Shown: positions 14,801 to 27,100 of the stretch, in pieces
Layout: each line of letters opens with the position of its first letter
Numbering within the stretch: the first letter of the stretch is position 1
NCBI GenBank assembly: GCA_040954595.2
Contig: CM082589.2
Span: 1,156,009 to 1,220,008 of the forward strand
DNA: 64,000 bases
Source: Balanoglossus misakiensis
Lineage: Eukaryota > Animalia > Hemichordata
Direction of reading: 5' to 3'
Translations under genes and position numbers: made by a program
Notes under the pieces: generated by a model
What the model was told of the DNA's origin: nothing
The model's input: only the letters and a program-made list of their open reading frames with translations
Databases searched by the model: none

Positions 14801-17015
14801 AGACAATCAACAGTCGCTCGACAACATCTTGTGGTTATACGCGGAGGGAATTCTGAACAAATATTGCCACTCAGGGGTCTACTGTGGCGACACCCTGATT
14901 TCATCGGTGAGAATAACGCCAGTAATGACTTTCAGTATACGTACGCTCATACCGTAGGAAGTATTTCTTATGCGAGGCACCGATCCGAGGTTCTCTTTTG
15001 CCTACTGGCGGCTGGGGAATCGACCGCGACGATATTTTCATCTTCGTTAAAGCGAAAATGTTCACCGCGAGACTAGAGACGTCAAACGAGTTGATTGGTG
15101 AGTCCACTGAGTTGTGAATCAACACAAACATCATCGAGTCTTGCTTGACCTCAAAGTGCATAGGCATTTTTCATGAGCTAATTAGTATATACATGTCCCC
15201 GTGGAACCCGCACAGAAGGCAGAAGCCACCAGATTACTTCACTGCGACTAAATGCCACTGAGTGTGTGGCTTGAGTTCTCTGCGATAATTTCACCTCCTC
15301 GTCTTGGACCTTGGAAGTACAACGTTAGACTACGATTACTAGGAGAAAGCTTTGCGGGATCTGCGCGAGACCTTCAGCGGAACTATACAACTTTTCGGTA
15401 GGTATATATTAGATTGACGGATGCTTTTAATACAACATTAATACGACATTATCCGAAATAAGAATAATTCCTAATTTATGTTCAAATACTGGGAAAAACC
15501 ACGGTGACGGGCATTTCGAATTCAGGTACTTGAAGTCTGTTTTATCTTGAAGACATGAAACACATTTCGACGTCATGATTGATACATAGCGCAGCACATT
15601 AAATTTAATACCTTAAGTAAAATTTGAAATATGTTTTTTTATGTCATAGGTTAGTTTCTGCCCACAGAGGAACATGGCCCCCACTGTTACAAGTGCATTT
15701 GTAAAACGCCAGAATCAACATGATTCCATTTACTCAAATTAACTATAGTTTGTCTCAAATAAATCAAATAACACAGTTACAAATAATATATCACCAGTTC
15801 TATTCATCCAATACCCGTGTTAAAGTCGAGGAGATCATTTGACGACGAATATTTACTAGTCCACACTGTCAATAAACTAATATTAAGCTTTCAGAAACTG
15901 CCCATATCGCATGCTTAGTCAAATTAAAGACATAGGTAAATGTTATGAATAATTCATTATACTATGCAATCGTTGCAAACTTTTTGAACATGCAATAGAC
16001 CGTAGAAATGGGACGATACATTGTTTGAATAACTCTAAGTGACAGATTGGTTGTGTGGCTCTTGATATTTTCAATATGGCCGACGTGCGTGACGATTTCT
16101 ATTTTGATATGCAGCTCTGCTTCATACTTCAGATTGAAAAATATGCGTAGGTTATTGTCAAATTTTGCGTCAACTTCTGAAGGTATGTGTCTTCATCTGA
16201 CAATTGACACTTAAAGGGGAGCAGTCGTTGAATTGATTGATTGGTGGGTGCACATGCGCAGTTCTGACGACAGCCACTCTTTGAAAAACATCGCGTAACA
16301 CACCAGAACAAAAGATGAGTAGGACTTTGAGGTAACTGTGAAATGCGCACATCAATGTTGTCAGTAATCAAATTGTCATATTCAGCTCTGCAGACTTCAC
16401 AATGAGTTCACTCTCATTACAAGGGTACTATGGTTTTCAACTAATTACCTAACATTTGCTTTAAATTACAAATCGTATCGTCTAATTGTCTCGCCGAACA
16501 TGTACCAGAATATTAAGCAACTTTCAAAACGTGGACAACCTTTAAATATTTAGGGAGCAAGCTAACTTCTAATTTCGAATGAAAGACGACTGTCTTCCCA
16601 GGGTACATTTAACTTAATGCCTTTGTTGTTTTATAGAAGCTATAAATGGTTGCTTTTAGCATCATGATGGTCTTTTGTCAGGGGAGTGATAAAACGTGGT
16701 TGCGTTATGTTGCAACTGTCATCCACAAGCTGTGCTTGCAAATGGTATTCTGCAGAATATGGACCACGTACAGAGAAAATTCCACAACAGTGCTGTTAAT
16801 AAAGTGACACAGTGCAAGTTCACGAAACATGTAAACTCTACATTCTGCGAGAATTTATTAGGGTTTCCAGACCAGAGGGGTATACCAACTTCATCTGTTC
16901 ATGTTTGTATCGTATTCTTTCCTCATCTTTCAGGTGTTCTTGAAATTGATACAGCGTCGCCAACGGCAATCTGAGAAGTCCCAAGAATTGACGTTTTGTT
17001 TTGAATGGTCGCACA

Positions 17016-17621
17016 ATGACGGTGATACCTAGTTTATACCAGCACCACATCCATGGAGGGATTTACATTCTCATAGCAGTAATAGGTTGTTTATCGGACG
17101 ACAAAGTGAATATAATATCTCTCACTTCTGATATTGCGTACTGTCCATACTTTGATAATCGTCTGCCTCAAAGTCGCGATGACCTCATAAACTGTTCATG
17201 GTACAGCGATAATTGCTGTTGCACGCAGGCTGAAATTGACGTCTTATTTGATATCACATCGCCCTCTGGAGCCAGTAACGAATGTCGGAACTGGTTGAAC
17301 TACCTGATGTGTTGGGTGTGTTCACCAAAGCAGCATTTATTTCTGAAACACCACATTTTGATGGTATGTGAAGACTTTTGCCATAACATGTTCAACGCTT
17401 GTAGGAATGCGACGTTAGAGGAAGTGCCGATTGGCGAATTAAACTCTGACGGTATTGAATTTTGTCGCGACAGGAAATTTGAAGTGAGACCAACCGAGTC
17501 AGGACATTGTTTCAATTTCGATCCCTTACTGGAAATAAGAGATGCTGCAAGTATCTTTGCAATGAATGGCAATTTGACGACGATGCTTGCCATTATAGTG
17601 TGCTTTCTTTTGATTGGTTGA
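17016..17621 (+). CDS. Folate-receptor/riboflavin-binding-protein-fold (Folate_rec-like) Cys-rich protein, probably GPI-anchored; single coding exon
   Basis: First in-frame ATG at 17016, after a splice acceptor at 16933. Hydrophobic N-terminal segment (IYILIAVIGCLS). Cys pattern CPYF...CSWYSDNCCCT...ECRNWLNYLMCWVCSP...VCEDFCHNMFNAC...FC...CF is typical of the folate-receptor family. Hydrophobic C-terminus MLAIIVCFLLIG*. Confidence 0.8.
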   Translation: MTVIPSLYQHHIHGGIYILIAVIGCLSDDKVNIISLTSDIAYCPYFDNRLPQSRDDLINCSWYSDNCCCTQAEIDVLFDITSPSGASNECRNWLNYLMCWVCSPKQHLFLKHHILMVCEDFCHNMFNACRNATLEEVPIGELNSDGIEFCRDRKFEVRPTESGHCFNFDPLLEIRDAASIFAMNGNLTTMLAIIVCFLLIG

Positions 17622-19794
17622 GCGATCCAACATGGCGTAAGGTAATAATGGAAGTAATAACGTAATACGAGAGAGAATGTTTCCACCGGAAACAGACTTT
17701 GGAGACACAACCTTCGAAGCAGGTTTCAGTATACCGGTAGATGCCATCCAAGAGATTATTCATTTTTTATTCCAAATGACACTAGACAAGAGCAAAACAT
17801 GAGTGATTCCGATTGCACGCTTTTCAATATTTGGGTGGGTACGTCTATACTGTCAATCTGTAGATCTCGGGTGATTTTGCGATTTCATTTTCACATAATA
17901 CTATTCAAAAGACATTTGCCGCACACATACAAATTACCACATTTGCGATACAACGTTTTTGCTCGGGAATGGATTGTCAGCGTCGAACATTAAAACCCGG
18001 TCATGACGTGAGAGATCTTCTCTAAGACGTCAATGATTGTTTCTTCCGAAAGGGAAACAGTGATTGGACCTCGCATGTCATATCCGTACTGATGTTGGAT
18101 AACTAACTCACTCAGGCGAATCACGTGCTCAATTTAATCTTACTGTTATCATACACACAAGTACAATCACCGTTTCTAGCTTGCTGCAGGGAATGTATCA
18201 GCAATAAATCTTCCTACATCAGCCAAGGGAGCGCATTATAAAAGAATGCCAAAGTTCATCCTCCCCATGGGAATACAATAAACATTTGGGAAATCCCACT
18301 GGTACTTCTGTCCTTTTCAGAAAGGTCAGTTAAGTAAAAATGAATAGATTTTTTCCCGAACTCCACAAGACCAGTTGGTCGGTCTCCGGTTAATATGTGG
18401 ATAAAAAGATTTCACATGGTCAGATAATTAAGAAGCAGAGAGACAGAATCACAGTCACCACCGCAAGTGCAATGAAGATCAAACTGACGAGCCGCAAGAG
18501 TTGGATTCCAATGGAGCTAAAACGTAGTTGCCAGAGCAGGCCCCATGTGCTGAAATACAGCGATCCTTTTTGATAAGACTAGCCGCACACTGCAAAGAAA
18601 ACCATCATGGTAAATGTACCAGCCACTCAGTAATGCTGAAACGGGTAGAGTTCTATGGAGAGAAAGGGTCGTTTGCATCTCTCAGTTCTCTCAGGTGGTC
18701 TGCATTACAAGCCTCGGGTAAAAGTGGAATGATGAGTGTTCTTAAGACAATGCTCTCTACAATATGTAAGCATGCCGCGCAGTTTTTAAGCAATCATGAC
18801 GTTCTCTCCAAGAAAGAAACTTCAACATATGATGAGGGGAAAAGTATAGCTTGAAGCAGATTTCACAATGCCTCAGTTTTGTCTGCAGTTCACAACACGG
18901 TGCATAGTAATATGGGTGGATTTCCGATGCCTGTTCAGCTGAAGTGTTTGTTGAAGAGTGGACAGAAGCATTGGCTGCATTACCACACAAATAGGACCGA
19001 CTATGCATGACTGGAATTTCCCAGTTCCTCAAGGGATACATTCATTCTTGAAATATGTCTTTGCACGCGATCTGTGTTGGTTGAACTCGTCTCGAAGATG
19101 AAAAGATACGAATAAGCTATGTCCCTCCCGTCCCCAGTGGTTCGGGTTACTGTGACATACAATGCGTGCTAACATCAAATTAGTGCCCTTTAGCCAGACA
19201 CGTTTTCACAAGACTAGAAAATTTACCTTTGGTGGTGTTTGAAGAAGCAAAACAACAAAATTTGTATGGAACACCGCTGCTTTATAGTGTTTTCTCTCGA
19301 TCACCACAGCAACCGTTCAAAAATGTCTGAAACGACTTCGAGGATAATTTCATAAACAGAATGATCGCCATTAGTTGACTTTATGAGAAACATGCCAGCG
19401 TTGATTTATGGCGAAGACATCTTTTCTCATCACGGTTACTCAGACTTGATGCAACAGTGGCCGATGATAAGAGAGTCATTTAAAACATGACGTCGAGAAA
19501 CTTCCACCAATAGATCATTAAAGCTTTTCCAACGGAAATACGGCAAGTTTGTACACCTACATGCATTTATTTCCCCCGTTCGTTGTATTATCCTTTACTG
19601 AACTGTACACTTTTAATAAAATATGGAGATTTGTTTGGTGGTGATCCTCAGAGTATACCAAACATATCCAAAGGCTACATGAAACCGATTTTGTGTCGTA
19701 TCAAGTATCAGTTGACCCCTTTGATGTCACAAATCTTGCAGGCAGTTTAAAGGTTGACATATTCACCAAACTACTCTCTCTTTCAAGAGTATTC

Positions 19795-22245
19795 ATAAAA
19801 TGGGTTACCTGGAACCCTTGCGCTCAACATTTGCAAGACCCTAATCTGTACAGCAGATGGTGAACGTGGGCGGCCTATCAATTAGATCACTCGACGATCG
19901 GAAATGCGGGACGAATCAAAGGTGGAGTAATAACTCTCCAAATTGCCACGTAATGTACATTTCTAATCTTTGTCATCAAGGACGTATCCCAAATGTCAGT
20001 AAATTTCACCTCTGCACTTTCAAACCAAAAGAAATGAATTCTAGACATGCTCTTGTTGATCTCAAGCAGAAATAATACCACATGTAAGTAAGTTATTATA
20101 GGTTATTATAGGGTAGGACAGATAATTGTAGTTGGCAAACAAAATAAAAATATTGGAAATAGCCAAACGTTACAGATACTGGCATTTTAATGTCAGTTTT
20201 TTGTCCATAGTTTACACATATCAAGCGAGTATAAACTTTAAAACAACAAGAAATATGGATCTAGTTGCAATTCTGTCCTATACGTGTCGACTTTGAAAAC
20301 AAATCTTTCAGGCATTTAACGACTTTCTAAACGACGCTAATAATCTCCCGGAAAAGACCTTTTTCAGGCGTCACAGTTCTCAAACACACTGACACGCACG
20401 TAATTCAAGTATTTGTAAATCGCCTGTTTGTAAAAGCTGGCTTGCAATTTGCCGGCAGCAAAGCACATGGGTTCTACATATATTGTGCTTAGCTGGAGTG
20501 GTCCGACGCATTTATACAATAAGTCTCTTTACACAGAAACAAACATCCGACACATTTGTGGCTAATGCCCTTAAAAGGTGGCGTATTGGAGTCATTCAGA
20601 CTGTTGCTATTGATAATCATTACATCACGTGTGTTAAATCGACGTTAGTTAATTGGGATTGTATTTCCACTGCACGTTCAATTCCAATTTCCCAGTTGTA
20701 CAAAGTAATGCGCATCATCCTTCAGGCTAGTTACTTTCTGGATTGAAATCTTCATGTTTTGAAATAAGACCACCGCATGTACCACTTGCGAATGTTACTT
20801 TCTGCAAATGCAAATGGAATTGACCAGCTTTTGGCATTTGCGTTTATACCAAGCAATTGGCAAACCGTTGGGACTAGCTCTGATATATTCATGGAAACCT
20901 GTTATCACACAAGATTTATGTTAACATTAAACCACACTAGAGATTACCATGTTATAAGTAATATAACACAAGGAGTCATTCGTTTTGATCCACAAACACG
21001 CCATCTAACCACGCTATGTTTCCCTTGGTGGTGATAACATGGGCTAGAAGAACTGTGCCGGTGATAAACATCAATTGTTTCTGCTTGTTTTAGTGAATTT
21101 TCCATGAAGCAAACACAATATAAAACAAGAATAATTATAGACTTTTTTCAATTTAGTAGGGTAGGATACATGGCTGTTGATATTCATCGTTGTTGGCTAA
21201 GAGTGAATGAGACTAGTACTTTGTAGAGACTTCTGCTTCGACTTCTGTGAAAATTTGCACAGTCACGTGATCACCATACTCTCGACATTGACCTCCTTTG
21301 AGAGAAAAAAACATTAAAACGTATTCATACATATAAATGCGGCGTGAAGGTTGAGTTGATGGATTAATTAATATTTCAGATATCAGATTTCTGGCTGAAA
21401 GATCTGCATGAGATCTTTGAATAAATAATAATCGGTGCATGAAACGTTAGGGTATACGAGGCTGATAGCCTGATTATTCGACTGTATTCAGTTTGACTTG
21501 ACTGTACAGCCCCAAAGGGAATGCTAATAAATCCTTCATGAAACGAATCTTTCAATCCCTGGTACCTCGCGAGGATTTCACTGACCAAATTTCTATAGCT
21601 GATTTATAGTTGAACTGGTTCACGATGTTGGCCACACTCTCATGACACAGCAGCTGCAGATAAAACGTCGATAATCAATGTTTTCTTTCTGATCAAATGC
21701 AATTTGCTCAAGGTTTATTCACTTTCATTCTAGCAGAAGACGCACTTAGATATTTATCAATTGTGTTTAGTGAAGACAAGAGTTCATTAAATACATAAAG
21801 GTCGATCTGTATACACACACAAAGAAAATGCTAGTCTTCCTCAGGGTATTATGCACTTCTAAAAACAAAATCTAAATGACTTCTCATGTACTTTAGATAT
21901 TAACTCTGAAAATCCATTAAGCATGAATGCTTTGACTTGTGAAGGCAGGAAAATAATTTTCAATTTCAGGTCATCAATTGAACATTCCAGATACAGGCGA
22001 TATCCAAGAAGCAATATCATTCGTCCATTACTGTTAACACAAGATGACCTGATCACTCTGCAAGTTTTATATGACTGAATTAATCGCATATAACATGAAA
22101 ACCAATCTTTATTTCCAGGAAATTCCAGGTGATTACATTACCTGAAAGATATACAATCCCCGCTGAATTGCCACTGTTTTCATAATCACCAAACTAGACG
22201 TTTACACCGAAAATGATACTTGTAAGACATCCTTGATCCAAATTG
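19795..22245 (-). pseudogene. Decayed multi-CUB-domain gene relic (cubilin/tolloid-like tandem CUBs)
   Basis: Manual minus-strand translation gives several CUB-consensus fragments broken by stops and frameshifts: DYENSGNSAGIVYLSGNVITWNFLEIKIGFHVICD* (~22190-22080); EGFISIPF...TEYSRII (~21540-21470); GGQCREYGDHVTV (~21295); GTVLLAHVITTKGNIAWL (~21060-21005); TCGGLI...N*PEG*...NWEI...IQSQLTNVDL...CNDY (20780-20613); TD*GLANVERKG/GFQVTH (~19850-19800). Confidence 0.5.
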
Positions 22246-23519
22246 GAATGTTTTTCATTTCATTCAATGACTGTTTGCCATTTTCCTTCATCATCACGCG
22301 ATTTTATATCGCTACATTTCCATCTGTTTTTCGTACATCAGTCAGTGAGAATAACGGGTCCTTTAGACAAATGATCTCAAACGCCATTGGTTAGATTATA
22401 TAAACTATGGCAGGGCAGGGTGAGCTCACTCTTTTTGAAAATCCAAACAGTTCCGTGCAGAGACAAAGTGTCTCTTGTTTATATCTACGCAATGTCCTCG
22501 TCAAGAAATACTGCCCTTTAAGTCCAAAGCATGCGCATTGCAGACGATCGATAACAACCATGGTAACGTGAATTGGCGACAACGATGAAAATAGCCGCTC
22601 GCCAGAAACATCACGCGCAAGCAGGTAATTTACATATAGAAGATAGGATTGGGCTGTAGGCGCCACGATGACATTTTCATTTCTTTATTCTTCAGCAGCG
22701 TCGGCTTTTCGCATTATTTCAAAGGTATTTTGCTTCCAACTAAGGTTATGTCATGTTTCTTGTGACTATAGAGAAAACCTCTTATTATTTTCTCACTAGT
22801 ACAGGGAACGTAGATTGATTAAAGTATAATTCTTCGGGTGTGTACCGTATGTGTACAATACACTGTTAACAACTACATACCTAGAAAATGCACAGTACTT
22901 GTTTGTCCGGATTTGCGACTGTTAGAAGAGATTTTAGAAGTAATATACACAAAAGAATTGAAGGATTTGAAGATTAAAAGAAATCTTGAAGATGAAAATG
23001 ATGTTCTCGGCTGGAATACTTCACTGTTGATTCCAGATGTTTTTTGCTAATCCAATTAATTTCTGATGTTTGTAGATTTTAGATGTAGGAATTGTGGAAC
23101 AATACGTCGAATGATTGGAGAGTCAAGGAGACCTTGAAAATGACAGAAACGTGATTTCCTTGCATTGCACGTCACAATCGTCACGAACTAATGAAATCCC
23201 TGTAGACGCCGTTTTATTACATGAAGCAGATGCTTGTGGCAGCAGAATATAACTTAGTGCTTGTGGGGATGGTATGTCACATGTGGTTTGCTAACAAGCA
23301 CGTTATGTGAACGTCCTGTGTTTCCGTGGGTTTTAACGAGAACGTGACAAAAGCTCCGGTTTGCCAGGATGCCTCGAGAAGCAAACGACTGTGTCTAAAC
23401 AGTGTGGACAGAAACCACGAAGATCAGGATAATAAGAATACACGTTGAAATGTTTTTCTTCGAAATAGACTGTTTGATAACCTTTTCTAGATAGCTTATA
23501 TCAAGTGGCATAGATTTAA

Positions 23520-24128
23520 AGGGGAAATCCGTCGTAGCTGATTTCTACATAATTTGGTAGCTTTGATGTCACTCTTTCAGAAAAAAACATATTCGCCATG
23601 TATAGGTCGCGCGATTTTTTACAAAATCTAGGGAAAGTTGGCAGAATTTCCAATATGGCGTTTACTGTAATTTGAATCATGGGAAAAAAAGCGCCAGGAC
23701 CAACTTCCGCCCACCATGGTGTGGGTGATACCATTCTCTGATAGGTGTCACTGGGCGACAGACTAGGCGTATTTTCATAGCTATTGTTTGTTCTTTGCAT
23801 CAGTTGATAAACAATCATCAGCAAAGTCGAAAATTTGTCATCTATTGACAGTTTTCATGAGCTATAACCCATGGAAAATATGCAAATACGCTTAGCTTGT
23901 GACGCAGTGACACCAATCGGAAAATGGTATCACCCACACTAAGGTGGGCGGAAGTTGGTCCTGGCGCTTTTTTTCCCATGATTCAAATTACAGTAAACGC
24001 CATATTGGAACTTTCCCTAGATTTTGTAAAAAATCGCGCGACCTATACATGGCGAATATGTTTTTTTCTGAAAGAGTGACATCAAAGCTACCAAATTATG
24101 TAGAAATCAGCTACGACGGATTTCCCCT
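23520..24128. mobile_element. Non-autonomous foldback DNA transposon (MITE), 609 bp, TTAA target-site duplication, AGGGG...CCCCT termini (Kolobok-like)
   Basis: ttaa (23516-23519) | AGGGGAAATCCGTCGTAGC...GCTACGACGGATTTCCCCT | ttaa (24129-24132). Inverted arms are ~250 bp and nearly identical over the outer ~190 bp, apart from a 10-nt insertion (ggcagaattt) in the left arm. Short unique spacer; no transposase. Confidence 0.9.
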
Positions 24129-27100
24129 TTAAGATAATTTTATGATTTTTGTAGCAAAAAAAACACGAAGTTACAAATGTAAATATGCACTTATAAGACA
24201 TGTGCATCGTTTCAAATGTTACTTGACACTTCGCACTCGCAGGAACATGGCAATTTACTTCAATACCCAGATTAAATGACAGCACCTTTAAGGGATAATA
24301 GGAGTCTGTCGAAAGGAAGCTCGGAGCGCACAATCCCAGCGGTTTGTCTTTAATTCACCTGACCTACAACCCCTTTCAGGTTTCAGCGCCAACAGCGAGA
24401 ATTCCGCACAGCAAACTATCACTAATGACTGTCGTTAATTCGCCAGTAAGATGATGGACTGTCTCGGATAACACCATTTCGCCACATACAACACAGCAAG
24501 AGAAGTCGATTACGAAAGGGTAAGGTTCTTCAAAATAGATGGCAAGAGTCGACAATAATATCCACACCTATGTTATCCACCCGTGTTTATTTTTTTCAGA
24601 TGACAATACGACTCATGTTTCGGTATTTCTTCAGTGAAACACATGGCCCATCTGGGCGACACACTCCTTTCTAGGGGTGTACCCCCCGGGCCAAATTTCA
24701 TCGAATCCATTGAAGACAACAGCAAAATCGCTCGTGCGTTAATTCCCTAGATGACCTTTTGACCTCCTGTTACTTGCACGTAGTGAAATCAATCAATCTA
24801 GTCTAAGTAGGCGATACCAAAGGCAATTTAATCGCGCTTACTCACACAGAATAGTAATTAAAAATTCTTGCCTTTATGAATAAGTCATTTCCATCTGTAC
24901 AAGTGGCTTTATGGGATAGCTTAACGTTATTTGCAAATGACAAAAGTCTTAATCATAGTTGTGTGTCATGCTTACAGACCCTGCACACGACAGACTCGAT
25001 TCTTGATGAAAACGGCAAAAGTATATCCATCAGGTTTACGAAGAAAATTTGAATTTATATATTAAGCAAATACTAGTGCTATATCATAAAAGTGCTTCGG
25101 ATCAAGCAACGCATGCTCGATTCTGATGAAAGATATGTATCGTCTCAAAGCAGACTTCTCGGAATTTCAACCTGGAGGCTACGAATGAAGCCTCGCGCGT
25201 GCGTTGATCTTCAGTTGGAGATGAATGAGGAGAGACAACGCAGTAATAGGAAGAAAATAGTTCCGGGCATAGGCCTTTGAAGAACTCTGCCCTCATATTA
25301 TGAAACATTATTTTAAGAGACCACATTCTATACGCGTTATTATAGTGTAACGTACTTTGCTAAGCTCTATCCCTTTGTGTATAAAGATTAAGGGACTACT
25401 TTGTAAAAATTAAGTAAACATTTACACTTGAAATTACTCTGGGATTTGAGTCCATTGAATAATCCGATGCAATTGGTCAAAAAACACTGTGCATTTAGCA
25501 CAGAATGGGTAAATGCAATCTTCTGACGGTATGTAGGCAATTTCTTTCTAATTGACAAAATAATGACATACATGTATTTTTGAATCAGCTGTTTGTTGAG
25601 CAGTCCATACATTTCATAGACCATTTCCGAACAACTTTGTAAATATTCAAAACCAAAGACAAATTAATGCGATTTCCTCGAAATAAGAACAACTTCACTC
25701 GCCCTGTCGTTCATGAGAAAAACAATTCTAAGAATCCCAAAGGATACAGAGTGGCATTATAAATGGAACTGAAGAATGAAAAACACATTTTCTGATTGAA
25801 TGCAGGAAATTACAGTAAACTACTGAAGAATAGATCCATCGCTAGAATACAGTAAACACGAAAGTAACCCAATCATCTGTCGACAGAATGGGGCTGATGG
25901 TTAAATGATACATGTCCTGCCAGAACAATCAATGAATTATCTCTTTATGTCTACAAATTGCACAGTAGCAAATTTCGTGCTTGAATATGTGTGTGTGTGA
26001 CAGCCAGCGTTTCTGCTTATAAGTTGAGTAAACATGCCACTAATTATTCCGGTATTGTTGTATTTCATCGACGAAATTGATACACTGCCTCGCTGTTCTT
26101 GTTTTCTCGTGAACTGTCAGAAGAGCTGTCGCTCAAACAGTGCGTACTTTCAACAATCTTGCATCCCCGGTCGCATGCCAATACAGCACAAATTCAAACA
26201 GTATGACTGCCTTTAATTAGAGTAAGTAATCTTTGGTTAATACAGCCATTTAACAGTATGTACCAGCCGCAATCAATGTTGGGCAACGTTTTCTATCATT
26301 TGAGGATTAACCCTGTACGCTTGCATCCAACGATGTCATTATAGGTTAAAAAACAACCTTATGAATGCGACTGCACTTATAGCTCCAAGGAAGATTGGAT
26401 TTTTACAATTGAAGGTCCTGCAGATGTTGAATTATTTTTCAATACGGGATCGTGGTTACTAGACCCTACGTTTTTTCTCTTTATGCTCCTCTTGCAATCT
26501 GGTCAACATCTGAGATAAAAAACTGCCATTAACAAGCATATATTATATAGGTAGTTGACACTGCAGATACGATAGAGCAGCATAGAAAAATCCATTGGCA
26601 TATAAAATGGCACCAAAGCGTCTGGCAAGGAGAGTCAAAAACCTGAACGAATGAGCCACATCGTCGTCTCTGAAATGAGCAGGGTTAATGTCTAATATGA
26701 ATGTTACAATTCTGAGCGTCACTGCATAGTGGTTCTGAGAGATTTACCTATCTAGTGATTGATCCAGTGATGGCATGAAGATAAAATCTTCACTAAATAA
26801 TCGATGATACAATAAGTAATATAATATTAATGGAGACCTTCTTGCTCTTAGATTGATTAAACTTTCCAATTTGAAAGTGCTCAGATTTTGTGATAAATTC
26901 TAGGAGGAATTGTCTGTTAAGAAATAATGGAGTTCACTATATTGTTTATAAGAAAATATACAATCAAACGTCTCATGGGATTACCATACATACTGACTTT
27001 TATGCTGGATACAAGCTGGGAGCCAACCGCCGGTTGCTAAGGTATTTAACAAAATCTCGCGAGATCTCGCAACGAGCAGAAAATGGTTTATTTAAATACA

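Noticed and set aside
14417-15167. Cluster of 75-112-aa ORFs on both strands in slightly GC-richer DNA
   Set aside because: The frames I translated gave no recognisable domain or consistent exon chain.
17610-17621. Folate-receptor-like protein also ends in LIG*, like IL-17 copies 2 and 3
   Set aside because: Part of a hydrophobic GPI-type tail with no further similarity; coincidence.
18528-19041. ORF with Cys/His spacing (AAHCKENHH, ICKHAA) hinting at a zinc finger or SWIM-type transposon relic
   Set aside because: Motifs incomplete, TTG start and no termini; cannot be supported without a BLASTX or Dfam search.
23516-24132. Two opposite-strand ORFs ending in the identical peptide (TFPRFCKKSRDLY...YDGFPL)
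   Set aside because: Artefact of the MITE's inverted arms; non-ATG starts and no domain.
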